This document shows positions 38,826 through 51,620 of a stretch of DNA of 64,000 nt, in pieces. Below the pieces are notes generated by a model that was not told the origin of the DNA, ran no database searches, and saw only the letters and a list, made by a program, of their open reading frames with translations. The position numbers were made by a program, and so were the translations under genes. Source of the stretch: Camelus ferus (Eukaryota); the NCBI RefSeq assembly GCF_009834535.1, contig NC_045697.1:16990001-17054000 (forward strand), given 5' to 3'. Every line of letters begins with the position of its first letter. Position 1 is the stretch's first letter.

Positions 38826-39043
38826 TTTTTTTCATTTTCATATTTTTATTCATTAAAGGGTATTACAAGATATTGAACATAGTTCCCTGTGCTACAGAGA
38901 AGAAACTTTTTAAAATCTATTTTATGTAGAGTGGCTAACATTTGTAAATCTCGAACTCCCATATTTATCCCTTCCCACCCCCTTTCCCCGATAACCGTAA
39001 GACTCTTTACTATGTCTGTGAGTCTGTTTCTGTTTTGTAGACA
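38826..39043 (-). mobile_element. L1 3'-UTR fragment (5'-truncated, TSD-flanked) inserted in a MIR
   Basis: 'tattacaagatattgaacatagttccctgtgcta...tatgtctgtgagtctgtttctgttttgtag'. Direct repeat AATGCACAT at 38817-38825 and 39044-39052. Confidence 0.88.
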
Positions 39044-39280
39044 AATGCACATATTTTTGTGCCAAGCACAGTTCCAAGCTTTTAATTTTAATCAGGTGTG
39101 TTAATTCATTTATTCACCACGATAACCGCACGAATAGGTTCTGTCACTACCCCTGTCCTGCAGATGGGAAGACAAAGGCACAGAGTGTTTAGTAACACGG
39201 CCCATACACTATGGGGCTAAAGAATGAACGCAAGACTTTGTGGTTCCAGAGGTCACACTCTCAACTCTGACACTGTAGCA
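39044..39280 (-). mobile_element. MIR SINE (its 3' tip lies at about 38800-38825, on the other side of the L1)
   Basis: 'tgtgccaagcacagttccaagc...ttaattcatttattcaccacgataacc...gcagatgggaagacaaaggcacagag...ggttccagaggtcacactctcaac'. Confidence 0.8.
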
Positions 39281-39727
39281 TCTCCATATATGTCTCTGCT
39301 AAAAGAACACCCAGCGAAGTGCCACAGGCGTAGGTAAAAACACATCATTGAAGAGTGGTTGGAATAATCAAACTCAGAGTTTGTGGTCTCAGGAAGCGCC
39401 TCGTTCATTTGTTTAAACAATAAGGCAGAGGGTGGGGAAATGCAGGGCTTGGTGCCAGAGTGGTCTTTTGTTGAGGAAACCGTAGAAGAAAAGCATTGCT
39501 CAACGGAGGGAACTGCTGGCTACTTCGTGGTTTTTCTTTCTTCTTTTTAAGCTACGTCCATTCAAAACATAAAGGTAAATTTTAAAAGAAGCCTTTTCTT
39601 AAGTACAAAGGCCTGGTAACTGTCCCACTTTTCCATCTGTACTTACATATTTAAAAACAAGCAGCTCTAAGGGCAGACTCTTTCCTTGACTGGTATTAAA
39701 ATCAATGAAACTCTGAAAATCAGCCTT

Positions 39728-39935
39728 CCATTCATGCAAACATTTATGGAGCCCCTGAAACGTGTGCAACACAGTCAGTGATCACGGGAGACCAAGATGT
39801 AAGTCAACACCCACAGAGAGGGAGGGCAGCTTTTCACACAAGGCAAAGTGTACCACTATTTGAAAAATACAAATAAGGAGTTATGGGAGCACACAACAGA
39901 ATCAGAGACAGAGTTGGGGCTTTGAGGATGAGAAT
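39728..39935 (-). mobile_element. L2 3' fragment
   Basis: 'ccattcatgcaaacatttatggagccc...ttatgggagcac'. Confidence 0.6.
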
Positions 39936-41166
39936 AATCTGCAGCTACTTTCATCCAATACTACAGCATGAAATGTGATGGAGCCTTTGTTGAAATATTT
40001 CAATAGTTTGCCATTTGTTATTATTATTGTTGTTGTATATAGCTATGAAGTACTTTCCAATGACTGCAATAGGCATTAGCTAAGTTCATTCATTAACTCT
40101 TTATCAAGCATTCCCAAACTGAACTGTTGAGATGAAAGCACTCCTAAGCTAACGCTAGGTCTTCAATGAATAAATGTCTATTTACATATCACAAGTTAAG
40201 TTGGAGTTTCTCAAATCCCACCTTGTTTGCCACTCAGTAACACTTGCATGTGCTAACACTTCCGTTCAAGACAGAAGACATTAATTAAATAATTAGCCTT
40301 GAGCTCAGACATGTAAACAAACACAATTCATGAATTTGCTAATTGTTCTTCCCTGCTGTGGACATGAGCTATTGTTAGCAATAGTAATAATAGCACTGAC
40401 CTCTGATTTCAGAGAGACACTTTGGATACAGGAAGCAAAACGAACTCAGACGTGGAGAAGGTATGGAAGAGAAGCACAGAGTGTTCTCTGAGGACACCAA
40501 TTGTACAATTGCTCTGTTTATACAGTCACATGGAACACTGGTAAACCAAAAATAACCTAGTCAATGGATATTAGAATTTGCACCAAACACTGACAATTCA
40601 ATTATTTTTGCCAGGCTCCCAGCACTCAGAAATAAAATAATTTTGATACTATCTCAAAAAAAAAAAAAGGGTCATGCTTTGAAAAACAAAAAGAAAAAAA
40701 ACAAGCATTAGCCCCTCTCCTCCCTTCTGCAACAGGAAGATTTGATCTGAATAAAAATGAAACTAGATGGTGCAGACTGGTGTTCCAATGTTCCCCCAGG
40801 ATTTCTTTATAAATGAACTATAAATAGCAATTATCAGCAGACGTGTACACTGGGCATGGAAGACATACATCAGTTGACAACAGGTTTCCAATAGGAAATA
40901 CGAGGATAACTAGAAAGCAAGCCAAAATATTTTTTCTGCTGTTTATTAACGTGTCAATCACTGCTTAGTCCATAAAAATTTCATCAAATGCTGTAAACAT
41001 TTCCCCATGTTCTTCATTCACATGAAAACCTAATGATATTATTTCCTGTGCCATGTTAACAGGGGCTGATGGTGACTCTGTTGATGGATGAAGTGGTGTA
41101 ATCTGATTTTTATGGGCTTGACTACAGGGTTTCTATGCCTATAAGTCTGGAAGTCAGATCAAATAC

Positions 41167-41300
41167 GGGGAAGGGTGTGGCTCGAGTGGTAGAGCGATTG
41201 CTAAGCACGCAAGAGGTCCTGGGTTCAATCTCCAGCACCTCCTCCAAGCAGAAATCAATGAATAAACCTAATTACCTCCCTCTCATAAAAAACAAACAAT
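41167..41300 (+). mobile_element. Camelid tRNA-Ala-derived SINE (vic-1 type, long form)
   Basis: 'ggggaagggtgtggctcgagtggtagagcgattgctaagcacgcaagaggtcctgggttcaatctccagcacctcc...aataaacctaattacctccc' plus an A-rich tail. No clear TSD. Confidence 0.88.
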
Positions 41301-41609
41301 ACGAGCAAATCAAACTGAAATCAAACTGGGCCATTGGCCCTAAAAAGGAATATTCTCTGCCAAGCAAAAACAGACTCCTCCAAGTGACCAATGAGTTTAG
41401 GGGTGGGGTTGGGGAGAATAGTAGGGAACACATATACTTGGAAGGGAAGGAAGGGAGAAGTGAGTACAGGACAGAAAAGCCAGATCTTCTCATAAAGAAA
41501 TATCAAGGACCATGGGGACGAAGAAAAGGAACCCACAAACCCAAACTCAGGAGCCACCTTTCCCATTAAGACACTTGAGATTGATAACCACCAGTTATTT
41601 TTAATTTTC

Positions 41610-41870
41610 TTCAAACTTCAAGGCCCAGTTTGAATCCCACCTCCTCTAGAACGCTGTCCAGCATCACCGCCTGCATGCTGTGTTTCCCATCATCCTGCAG
41701 ACTCACAAGCTGAATTCTCCCACAGTGATGCATATGTCTGTCCTGGCTCTCTAGCTGGACCAACAGCTTCCTGAGGGCAGAGGCTGCAGTTCTCACCCTT
41801 CAAAGTCCCCACAGGACCTGGACATGGCACCCCACACACCACAGATGTCAAAAAACGCACATCAAGGAAA
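41610..41870 (+). mobile_element. L2 3' end
   Basis: 'cttcaaggcccagtttgaatcccacctcctc...agcttcctgagggcagaggctg...gtccccacaggacctggaca'. Confidence 0.75.
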
Positions 41871-42479
41871 CTAATCAAGCAAATGATTTTCTTCTAATAT
41901 TCACAGAATCTGAACATTTTCATTGTCTGAAGGCTAGGGCTTTAAAAATTGCCAGAAAACCTGGGGGGAATGCTACAGGAAGCATCTCCTGCAAGTCTAG
42001 GTGGTCTGGCATTTGAATTAAACTGAAAATACATGGTCAGCCAACCCGATTAAAGAACATCTTCTCTGTTTCTAGTATCACATTTTCTTACTGACATCAA
42101 ACCAAGTGACATGCATGTCCCTCTCCCTTCACAATCAAACTGTTGCTAAACACAGTCATCAAACCTTGAATGAATGAGTGAATGATGAGGAAGTAGGCAC
42201 TTGGGAGCTGGGAATTCAAAAATGAGTGACTCTAATCTCTGTCCTCACAAAGCACACCATCACCCAAGTAATATAAATCAAGACATAAATATGAAAATCA
42301 ATATTATGAAAGGCAGGGTAAGATTAAGTCCTAATGCAAAAAAAAGAACGATGTTGACCCAAATAAAAGGGAGATTCTGACAGGTGAGGGCATGAAGGAA
42401 AATCCCTTGGAAGTCTTTGCTAAGTCTTGAGACATGTATCAGATTCCACCCATCATGTGAGGGGCAAAAGTGTGTTCCA

Positions 42480-42700
42480 GCACAATGTAGTGAAAAAGTC
42501 TGCGCTTTGCCCAGTGAAGATCTGGGTACTAGTCTGATGTCAGCCTCTGACAAGCTGGATGGCCTTGTGTGAATCACTCTCTTCTTTGGATCCCAGATTA
42601 TTTTCCTTGAGGTAGGACGGTTCACTGCCAACAACAATGGACTCCTGTATTAAGTGTGATGATGTGAAATTGCCTGGCAAAATATTTTGCAGAAGGCAGA
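42480..42700 (+). mobile_element. MIR SINE
   Basis: 'caatgtagtgaaaaag...gaagatctgggtactagtc...gccttgtgtgaatcactct'. Confidence 0.6.
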
Positions 42701-42902
42701 GGCTAAAGATTTTAGGGTGTATTTGGGAAACAAATCAATCAATGAAGAATTTACTTCATACTACAGACCCAAGAATCACTGTCAAAAATACAAGAGGACA
42801 TGTGAATCAGTATATCTCACTTCCTGTGCCTCCGTGAAGATCGCAGTCTAGTTGCAAACACACAGACATCAAGGCAAGTGTGACCCAGGGCTCAGGGGAA
42901 AC

Positions 42903-43015
42903 TAAGGTGACCAGTCACCCAGGTCTGACCCAAACAGAGCAAGCTCCCAGAACCCGAGACTTCTCAAGAAAAAACTGGAAACTTTTCGGCAAAGCATCAT
43001 GAGTGGGTGAGCCTA
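42903..43015. mobile_element. MER81-like hAT-Blackjack MITE (113 bp)
   Basis: TIR-like ends 'taaggtgaccag' and 'gagtgggtgagccta'; internal 'cccgagacttctcaag...aaaactggaaac...ggcaaa'. Confidence 0.6.
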
Positions 43016-43264
43016 GTGGAGAGGTGCCAGTTACAAGTTCCACAAGTGCTCCAAGAAGGGAGCTAGTTGTAAGATCTGTGTATTTGGATGGTTTGTGAAA
43101 TAAGGACTTTTTAGACCCCTACATTCAGTTATTTCTCTTTCTGTTCTCAGAATTCCGAGTATTTTTTGGAAAGAAGATCCACTCACCTTAAAGCTCAAAT
43201 TTAAACAGGACCCTGAGCTTTGAATATGAAGCCTGGCTCTCAGGTTCTGTTGGGTATAGGCAAA

Positions 43265-43380
43265 CGCTGTTTTTCTCATTTTGAAGATGGATAAACTGAG
43301 CTCCACAGACAGGTTAAACAACCTGTTCAAATCAACGACACAGCTGGAAACAAAACCCAGTTTCTTTCCCTCCTGGTTCA
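43265..43380 (-). mobile_element. MIR core fragment
   Basis: 'ctcattttgaagatggataaactgagctccacagacaggttaaacaacctg'. Confidence 0.7.
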
Positions 43381-44236
43381 GTATGTATTTTGGGATATAT
43401 AACATAAGCTTCAAACAGTGTTTAAGTTCTATTTAACCTTAGTGGGGAATATTCCAATTAACATATCTGCCCCCAGGGTGTTTCTCCCAGTTGAAATTTT
43501 CTTCCTTTTTCGTAAAGTGGAGACACTCTCCCACACCCCATGTCTATTTTTTTTTTTTTCTTACAAAAGCGGGCAAGTGTTAGTGGCTTTTTGGCTTTCT
43601 GTGCAATTCAACTCAAGATAAGCTTGAAATGTATTCCATTTTTTGTAACAGTTAGGAAAGGACTGTTCAGGGGTGGGGAAGATCAATCACTTGTGAAAAA
43701 TGCTAGGTGTCCCATTATGGTGTGATAAGTTCGGCAGCATAGCATATGCATTTTTTTGGCTCTCTGAATAAATGGCAGAAGTCAGTTCCCCATAAATTCA
43801 AAATGTATATTAGAACACGAAATCATATTTTAAGTGGATTTCACATATTGCTTCTCTTCATCATTCTAAATACCAAAGATTAAGCTTGCCACTTGCTCTT
43901 GCAGTCTTTTCTCTGCCTTTTTTTTTTTTTTTTTAACTTTCGTTTAATCAGATATGAATAGTGGTTGGTGGCCTTTATTGCTCAGAACTACCTGAAAAGG
44001 AAAGGGAGAAAATAAACTCTGCTTGCTCTCTCCGTCCCAAACAACATTTATTTTCATTATGACTGTTTCTGGCCTCTTTCAAAACGGCACTGTCACCCAA
44101 ACGGTGGAGCCGACCAAAATATCTTTTCACTAAGCCAATCCCGCAGTACCCATCCAACTGCTCCTTCGATACAGAACATTCTTTTTTTTTTTTTTTTTAA
44201 TTCATGTATTGTAAACTCTTTGAGGATCCTGCCTAG

Positions 44237-44380
44237 AGGCAGTGTAGTACGGTGGTTAAGAATCCAAATGCTGAAGCCAAGATCTTTAAGTTTAAACCCC
44301 AGCTCTGTCCCTTCTTAGCTGTGTTACCTTGGCCAAGACACTTAACCTTTCTGTGTCTCAGTTTCTGTAAAATGAAAGGT
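44237..44380 (+). mobile_element. MIR SINE (5' part)
   Basis: 'gaggcagtgtagtacggtggttaagaa...agctgtgttaccttggccaagacacttaacctttctgtgtctcagtttctgtaaaatg'. Confidence 0.9.
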
Positions 44381-44569
44381 AGCTGCTTCTTTGACCTTCA
44401 TCAGTATTGTTCCCAGGAAAAGTCTCTCTCTACCAGACCCCAATCTGAAGTGGGTCCATTTCTCTGCAGTTGTGATCCAGCCCTCAATGTCTTTAATCCT
44501 GTGTTAATTTTTCTCCTCTTAACTGATCTGCAAAGCACATTATCTTCTCATAGCAACACCCGCCATGGG

Positions 44570-45655
44570 CTCCTTCTCCTCTTCCTCTAAACATCTTCTC
44601 AACGCTATCTCCTTTCTCTCCTAGAAAATCTCACCTGAGCTTTAAATAAAATCCTAAGTGTATACCTTCAGCAGTGACTTTTCCCTCTGAACTCCTGTCT
44701 CACATACCTGCCTCCTATCCCCCCCTGTATTTGAATGACTAATAGACAGCAGAGTGGCAACCTGACCTCAGATGGCTCCCAGCATGTGCTCCTCCAGGCT
44801 CTTTCCTACATCAGTAAGTGGCACGACCATCCATTCTGTGGCTCAGTTCCAAAGCCTAAGAGTCAGTTTTGATTTTCCTCTTTCCTCCCGGTCCCAAATC
44901 CACACCCCAAAACCTCAGCCTCCCAAATCTGTCCTGATCTGACCACATGTCTCCATTTTCATCCCTGTCATTTGAGATTTAGCCTGGATCTCTGTGGCAT
45001 CTTCCTGCTTCAATTCCTGCCCGTCCTCCACCCCACAGTTCTCTCTCTACTATGCAGCCACGGAATTAAAAAAAAAAAAATTAAAAGCAGATCAGATCTT
45101 ATCTCTCCCTAGTTTAATGACCGGCCCTTCTCCACTGGTTTCTTCCTACATTTAGAATAAATTCCTATCTCTTCACCATGACCTTGTCAATGACCACCAT
45201 GATCTCGCCCCTGCCTATCTCCCCACTTTCATTCCCCTGCTCCCCCAACATTTACACTCTCCACTTCTTTCTGTTTTGTAAATAGTCCAAGCCCATTTCT
45301 ATTTGAAGAGGTCCTTGCCTTAGCTGCCTCTGACCAGAATATTCTCCCCCACCCCCATCATTCAGGTCTCCATGCAACAGCAACATCTCCAAAGACATCT
45401 CCCTGCTCTTCTACCTACCGGAGCCTCAGCATCAGTCACTTTCTATGTCGTTATCCAGCTTTATTTGTGTAATGAACTTCACCACATCTGAAATAGCATC
45501 TCTCTGTTACTTGTGTATTACCTGTCTCCCCCCCAGTTACATAAGAGCAGGCACCTTGTCTAGTTCACAATCCTATTTCCAATATTTTAAAAAGACCACA
45601 CACATGTTATGCTCTCCATAATATGTGTTGGATCAATGAATTAATGAATGAATAG
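44570..45655 (+). mobile_element. L2a LINE, about 1.1-kb 3' portion
   Basis: 'ttttccctctgaactcc...atcagtaagtggcacgaccatccatt...tttagaataaattcc...aagagcaggcaccttgtct...atgaattaatgaatgaat'. Confidence 0.85.
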
Positions 45656-46065
45656 CAAACTTTTTAAATCCCTTAATTCCTTGAATTCATCCACATTACA
45701 CTGGTGAGATGTTTTGCAGATGTAGAGAATTATACTGTAATTAGATTGAAAGAAAAGCATTTTTAAGTTGTAAGTTAACAAGCAGATGGATGAGTGTTCT
45801 GGGGACTCTGACCACTTGTTTATTGTCTGCAAAGTGGAATAAACAAGGAGAATCTGGCTGAATTTGTGGTCGGACAGCTTGACTTGATAGAAGAAAAATC
45901 TTTTTGATTTTGAAGGTCATGAATAATTGAGAGAGGCTGTAAAGAAAGGTGCTGGTACTCAATTCTTAAAGCACTTGACAAACAGTAGTCCATGATTTGC
46001 CTTAATTGCTTCAGTAATTTGTTAACATATTGTCATTATTAGTGGATTACGCAACCTATAACATA

Positions 46066-46229
46066 CACATATCTCATCCGTTCCAAGATGCACATTTTCC
46101 CCATCTCTGATACCAGAGTGTATCCTACAATTGATAGTGCCTGATAGTTAAATTGATAGCATCTTTTCTTAGTAGTATATAATGACGATGGTACTTAATA
46201 TACGGTATCTTAGACTCAATAAAGTACAG
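46066..46229. mobile_element. MER104-like TcMar-Tc2 MITE
   Basis: 'atatctcatccgttccaagatgcacatttt...cctacaattgatagtg...atcttagactcaataaagtacag' with imperfect TIRs. Confidence 0.75.
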
Positions 46230-46269
46230 CAATTTATTATAAGATACAGTCACTGGATGCTGGCTTTGG

Positions 46270-46465
46270 GCTGGCTTTCATGTTATCTTATTAATCTTCA
46301 CAAGAAGGCTGAATGGGTAACATCAGACCTTTGTTATAACTAACAAACTGAGGAACATGAGATTAAGTAACTTTTCCAAAGTCATACAGCTTCTAAGTGC
46401 TACAGCCCAGAATTTAATCCAGATCTACACAAACTTCAAGGCAATTCTCATCACCATTCTATTAT
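46270..46465 (-). mobile_element. MIR SINE
   Basis: 'tcttattaatcttcacaagaa...aaactgagg...gattaagtaacttttccaaagtcatacagcttctaagtg'. Confidence 0.8.
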
Positions 46466-46889
46466 AGTAATTACTCATTGTCAAATTAGGTTCTGTACAT
46501 AAAATACAAAATCGCAAATGAGTCACATAGCAGGTATTTAATTCACGGTGCTTCCCTTCCTCTCTTTTTACATTTGCCCAAATGTGAGTGTGTAAACTGT
46601 GCTCTGATTTTGTGGTTTATGGAAAACCTCTTGGAGGGCAAGCTTTGACAGTCAGAGTTCGAGGTCTGGTGTTTGAAAAGATCTGAGCCCGTATCAAAGG
46701 CAGCGAGTTAGCTTGGAAATCAGTGGGACCGTATGATGACTGGGCTGTCGAAGGACCACTTCCTAATGAACAGGGGTGAGCAGAACAGCCAAATTAACTC
46801 CTAGTCTCAGTCTTGACTCAGAGGGATGCTGACAAGACTAGAGTTTGGAAGCAGCTGGGTCAGATGCACTAGAACAAGCATTGGAGGTG

Positions 46890-47210
46890 GACACAGTGGG
46901 AAATGCATCGGTTTTCGAGTCTGACAGCCTCAGGCTCAAGTCCCAGCTCTTCTTCATGCCTTTGGGCCTTAGTCTTCTCATCTAAACGAGAGGGGGTGCT
47001 ACGTCTGCCATAGGGGTGCAAGAAGTACTTATTTAGATCACAAATATTTATTGAGCACTTTCTATGTGAATGTGAGATACATCATGGAACAAAACAGACA
47101 AATATCCGGGCCTTCATCTGGCTTACATTTCAGCAACTAGTGCTGGTGGATGTAGAGCATCTAGCATGTTACTTGGTGATTCATAAACTATAGTTATTGT
47201 TAAAACTATT
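46890..47210 (+). mobile_element. MIR SINE apparently interrupted by an antisense L2 tail (about 47035-47130)
   Basis: MIR 'gagtctgacagcctcaggctcaagtcccagctct...gccttagtcttctcatctaaa'; L2 'caaatatttattgagcactttctatgtg...gaacaaaacagacaaa'; MIR end 'tgtagagcatctagcatgttacttgg...tagttattgtt'. Confidence 0.6.
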
Positions 47211-47289
47211 ATGTAGAAATATTCACATCCAATATGATGATTGGAACTGGTGTCCACTCGGAATTCACCCAGCAACTCTCAGTAAAGCA

Positions 47290-47645
47290 CCACGCTGATC
47301 CCACCTCAGGTCCTCGTACCTAGGGCTCCTCTGTCAAGAACTTCCTTCCTCAGGATCACCACCTGTCTGCCTCCTCATCGTGCCCTATCCAGTCCAATGT
47401 CATCTCTCAAAGAGGAGGTGCTCTCCAGCCCCTCTTGCTCCCTGCCTCACCCCATGTCTCTATCACCTCACCTTAGTTATTGGCTTCACAGCACTCACCA
47501 CAATCTGAAATTCTCATTTTTAAATGTGTTTGCTTGTTCACTTATTGAATGTCCTATCTTCTACTAGAATGTAAGTTCCCCAACATGGTGACCCATGCTC
47601 TTTGCATCTAGAACAATCCCTGCGACTTAATATTTGCACAAATGA
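47290..47645 (+). mobile_element. L2 3' end
   Basis: 'cccacctcagg...cacagcactcaccacaatctgaaa...ctactagaatgtaagttcc...catctagaaca'. Confidence 0.8.
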
Positions 47646-49549
47646 GCATCGACGATACACCTTACATTGCCAGAAAATAGCTGCAATGTATAAACACGTT
47701 GAGTCAAGGATAAAGTTGGGGACCTCCTGGGCAAATGCTCGAACTTTGCTACCAGTAGCCAGAGCAATGCAGAGTTGGCAGAAGGCTACAGAGGCTGGCT
47801 TCCAGACCCTGGAAAGACAAATCACTTCATTGCATTCTGAGACCTGCAAACTTAGAATCAAAGTTTTCAGATCAGTGAACACTGAAGACAACAAAATCAA
47901 TGGGAGAGCAGGAATAGGACTGAGGTAGGAGAAATGAATTCAGGTCTCTTTGATCATGGAACTTCCCTGAGAAGGCAACTGGGAGGAACAAATTCACATG
48001 GCTTATTTAGCCTCAGTAAAACTTCTGACAATATTTCGAATCCAGGGCCATTAAAACACTGAGACATCCTGGGATTGTGGGAACTGGCCTGACAAGGAAA
48101 AAGCATCAATGAATCAACAAGAAATTTATTGAGCATATACTATATACCTAACCTGTGTCAAGTGATTGGCTTAAAAATAAGAGAGAAAGCAGCAAGAGAG
48201 AGTCCCAGAGGCTACGCTTAGTTTGGCTTTCTTTAGTATTTTTGTAAAGATCTAATACAGAAGCATGCACCCGATTCTCCACTCTCTGCTGAACAAAACA
48301 AACTCTTCATGTTAATAAAATACTGAGTTGATTGAATAAAGGGCAGAAAGAGGTCACCACAACGCTACCCGAAGCACAGAAGAATAGCAACGGAGGAACT
48401 CTGTGAGCATAGAAAACTGTCTAAGCTAAGATACGCCTTTCATTGGATTTCAAGACACAGGCGGGGTGGAGGCATTGGAAAGGAGGGGGAGGAGCCAAAA
48501 TTGTGCTCAGAGCCAGCCTTGTTTCTTTATTCCTGAGACCTGAGCAGACAACGGGTTGACTGAGCAACAGTCAAGACCTCTGATTCTCATGACAATAGGG
48601 AAGAAATGGGGTGGAGAGAAGAAGGTGGGAAACTTTCAGCCTGAACAAAACGGCCAACACAGACCTTTGTCCAATGAGAACATTTGGAAAATCCAGGCTC
48701 TCTTGCTTCCCTCCGTCTAGCAGTGCAAGACTTGAGCACCTAAGGATTTTCCTTTGTTGCACGATCTAAAATAAACACTTGACAAGCTTGCTGCTACTGG
48801 ACTTTCATATTATACCACTTTGTCACGGGAGCTCAGCGGTGACACTGTTTGCGGTCTAATTTCTTGACTTCAAGAGGCTCCCCAGACGGAAACCTGAAAC
48901 TTAAACAACAGCACGAGAGGAGAAAGAGCAAAACCATTTCATCAGGAATGGGCTTTTGAGAATCTCTGGCTTTGTCAAATGTTCTTCGTCCTAATGTCAA
49001 AAACCAGGTGTTCTCTGGGAGGAGTAACTGCGGAAGATGGGGTATGAGACAGCAGAGATGTGTTAACCAGTGCACCTCGCTGTGCCTTTGGAGTGAACAC
49101 TCGGAGTGGGGACTGAGCCAAATCTCCTTCCATGCCTGGAGGAAGGCAGTAAGAGGAAAGGTGTGGGTATGGATCCCTCAAAACGTGAGGGAGGCCACTG
49201 CTGGCTGTAGGATGAGTGATCAGAAAAGGAGGTTGTCAAAGAGCTAGAGCTACCCTCCAACCAAATGGTTCCCAAGTCCTGCAGGCTGGTCCTAAACAAG
49301 CAAGAGCATCACCGAGGGTTGCAATGGTCAGGAAGGAAGAACACAGCATTGTTAAATGGCTCAGATCCTCCCTTGGCAAACAAATCTAAAACACCAGAAT
49401 CCCGATGACTTTATTCAGTGGTCCCTCTTCTCAGGACCAGCCGCGTGCTCTCACACTTCTGAGCTTTCACTCGCACTTTCTAATTCTAGCCTGCTCCCAC
49501 CTAGAGTGTCCACCTCAACACAAGACCCAACTCAGTTTCCATGCCAAAG

Positions 49550-49715
49550 GAGCCCAGGCTTTGAAGCAGAGCACAATTGGAATCTGATACCAGGTCCATC
49601 CCACAGGAGATGTGTGCCTATGGGAAGCCACTTAACTCCCCCGAACCATTCTCTTCACCTGGCAAGTGGAACTGACAAAATCTTTTTCATTCATGGGTTA
49701 CAGATACCATAAGAG
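49550..49715 (+). mobile_element. MIR SINE
   Basis: 'ggagcccaggctttgaagcaga...tgtgtgcctatgggaagccacttaac'. Confidence 0.65.
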
Positions 49716-49989
49716 GACTAGGTAGGAGAACAGAGGCCAGACAGCTAGCAGGTTGTAAGTCAGCACTGCAAGGGGGTTTTGGTTTAGCTGGGAGTAAAAT
49801 ACAAAGGAGCAGAGAAGGGAAAGAGGCAGTTTGCAGAGGTTCTGATGGTAAATTTGGAGGTCAGGGAAGAGATGGGCAGGGAACTCTCGTGTCACTGAGT
49901 ACCAGCCACTGCATAGGACACTGGGAGACGCAGAGGTGACCAAAAATGAGATGACCCCTTCGCTCGTGAGCGTCCACTTTAATGCACAG

Positions 49990-50170
49990 AAGTGGCCTTT
50001 GGAGTCAGGCCCACCTGGGAATGAATCCCAGCTCAGACATCTTGTAACAATCGGTCTTGAGCAAGTGATTCAAGCTCACCAAAGCTATTTCCTTAGCTGT
50101 AAAATGAGGTTAATGTTACCTACCTCACAGCGTTCTTAGATTAAACAAGATAGCTAGGTAGAGTCAGTCC
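49990..50170 (+). mobile_element. MIR SINE
   Basis: 'ggcctttggagtcaggcccacctgggaatgaatcccagctc...cttgagcaagtgattcaa...tttccttagctgtaaaatgagg...acctacctcacag'. Confidence 0.88.
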
Positions 50171-50639
50171 TATAGGAGAAGGCATTCATGGAACAGACTT
50201 TCCTTATATCCTCCTTACTGGAGTTTTCGACCATGCCAGGAATGTCCATGTGTTTTGTTTCCATCTACAAGTAATAGATTTGTGGAAAACAAACACCAAG
50301 TTTATTTTTTTCCATCTCCCTTTCTAAAAAAAAATATTAGTATATAAACTATCACTGTATGTGTATTGGTTTCGATGAGCATCACGGCCTTCCTACCATA
50401 GTCTTTATTTCTTCCTGAAAAATAAAGGATCTAATGATTTGAATGCTTCCCCCGCCCTCATGATCAACAGCAATGACGATTTGTGTATGTTTCCACTAAA
50501 TTATGTGCCATCCTAGATAAAAGATTTGTTTTGAAAAACAGCCACTTCCAAAAATAAGAGAGTTTATCAATTCCAATCATTCTTATCCAAAATTAGTTGT
50601 CAAGTTTCAATGGCTGAAATGAATTTAACAACATAAATT

Positions 50640-51620
50640 CGGTACCGCTGCTGAATGACTAATGAACCCTCACAGAGCAGTCCTGAATACGTAGCCCTGT
50701 TGGGGTTCACCAGCGACATTTAAAATTATCAGCACTTTTGTGTTATCATAGAGCCTATTAGCAGCAGTTGACTGACATTAGATGTGGTCGAGTTAAGCAT
50801 CAATTAAAAAAATGTGCTGACCTCCCCCAAAATTAAGGAACGGTTGTCCCACTCTCACCGAAGGGAAATCGGAATAATTACTGTGGGGTTATGGAACCAA
50901 GTTATTTGACTAATAGACAGCAATATTTTTTTCACTGCCACAAAAAGCCAGCAAATACATTATGATGCTCTAGCAATATTGATATTCATAAAATCTCATT
51001 AGGCCCAGTGGAAGTCAAACATTAGCCAATCACGCTCCTGACTCCTACTTACAGATCAAAGTTAAAGACACACGTTAGCCAGTTAGAAGCCAAATTGAAT
51101 TTGAGATCCGTACCGTTCTCATTAAGTAGCTCTCCGTTAGGCTGTGTTTAAGATGAACAGCCCATAGGGAGCTTTTCCCAAACCAACGAGAAGTTCTCCT
51201 TCCCACATCAGACTAGAAACACCGTAACTGTTCATTTAAATAAACACATTTTCAAGCAGGCTGGATTTCCACTGCCCTGCCCTCTCTTTCCTCAGTCATT
51301 TCACCTTAAGCTGGTTTATTTACAGCAAAATGAAAGTCTTGTTTGAACCAAATAATTCCCATTTTCCAAATGAGCATCTCTATATTGCATCCTTAGCACA
51401 ATAGACAACTACCTTCCTCGCATGTTTCTTTCTTTCCTCTCTGTAACGTCAGCGCTTGATGAAAAGAAAAGGCAAATAATCTGATTTAAACAGGCGTTGG
51501 AAGTGAGCTGAGCTCCCCGCAGAGGAGAACGAAGTTGAGTCAGGCAGGAGTGGAGTCAAGCTGGCACCCGGTGCAGAAGCAAAAGCTCAGAATCCTTGGT
51601 TGTGAGGAGAGAGCCGGGGC
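50640..51620. promoter_or_regulatory. Repeat-free, motif-dense block (candidate enhancer or conserved element)
   Basis: Multiple TAAT/ATTA cores, a consensus CCAAT box AGCCAATCA (51024-51032), forkhead-like TAAACA motifs and AP-1 TGAGTCA near 51536. Confidence 0.35.

Noticed and set aside
41135..41569. 144-aa ORF
   Set aside because: It reads through the camelid SINE (VVERLLSTQEVLGSISS is SINE translation). The ORFs at 12529-12822 and 60325-60599 are likewise SINE-derived.
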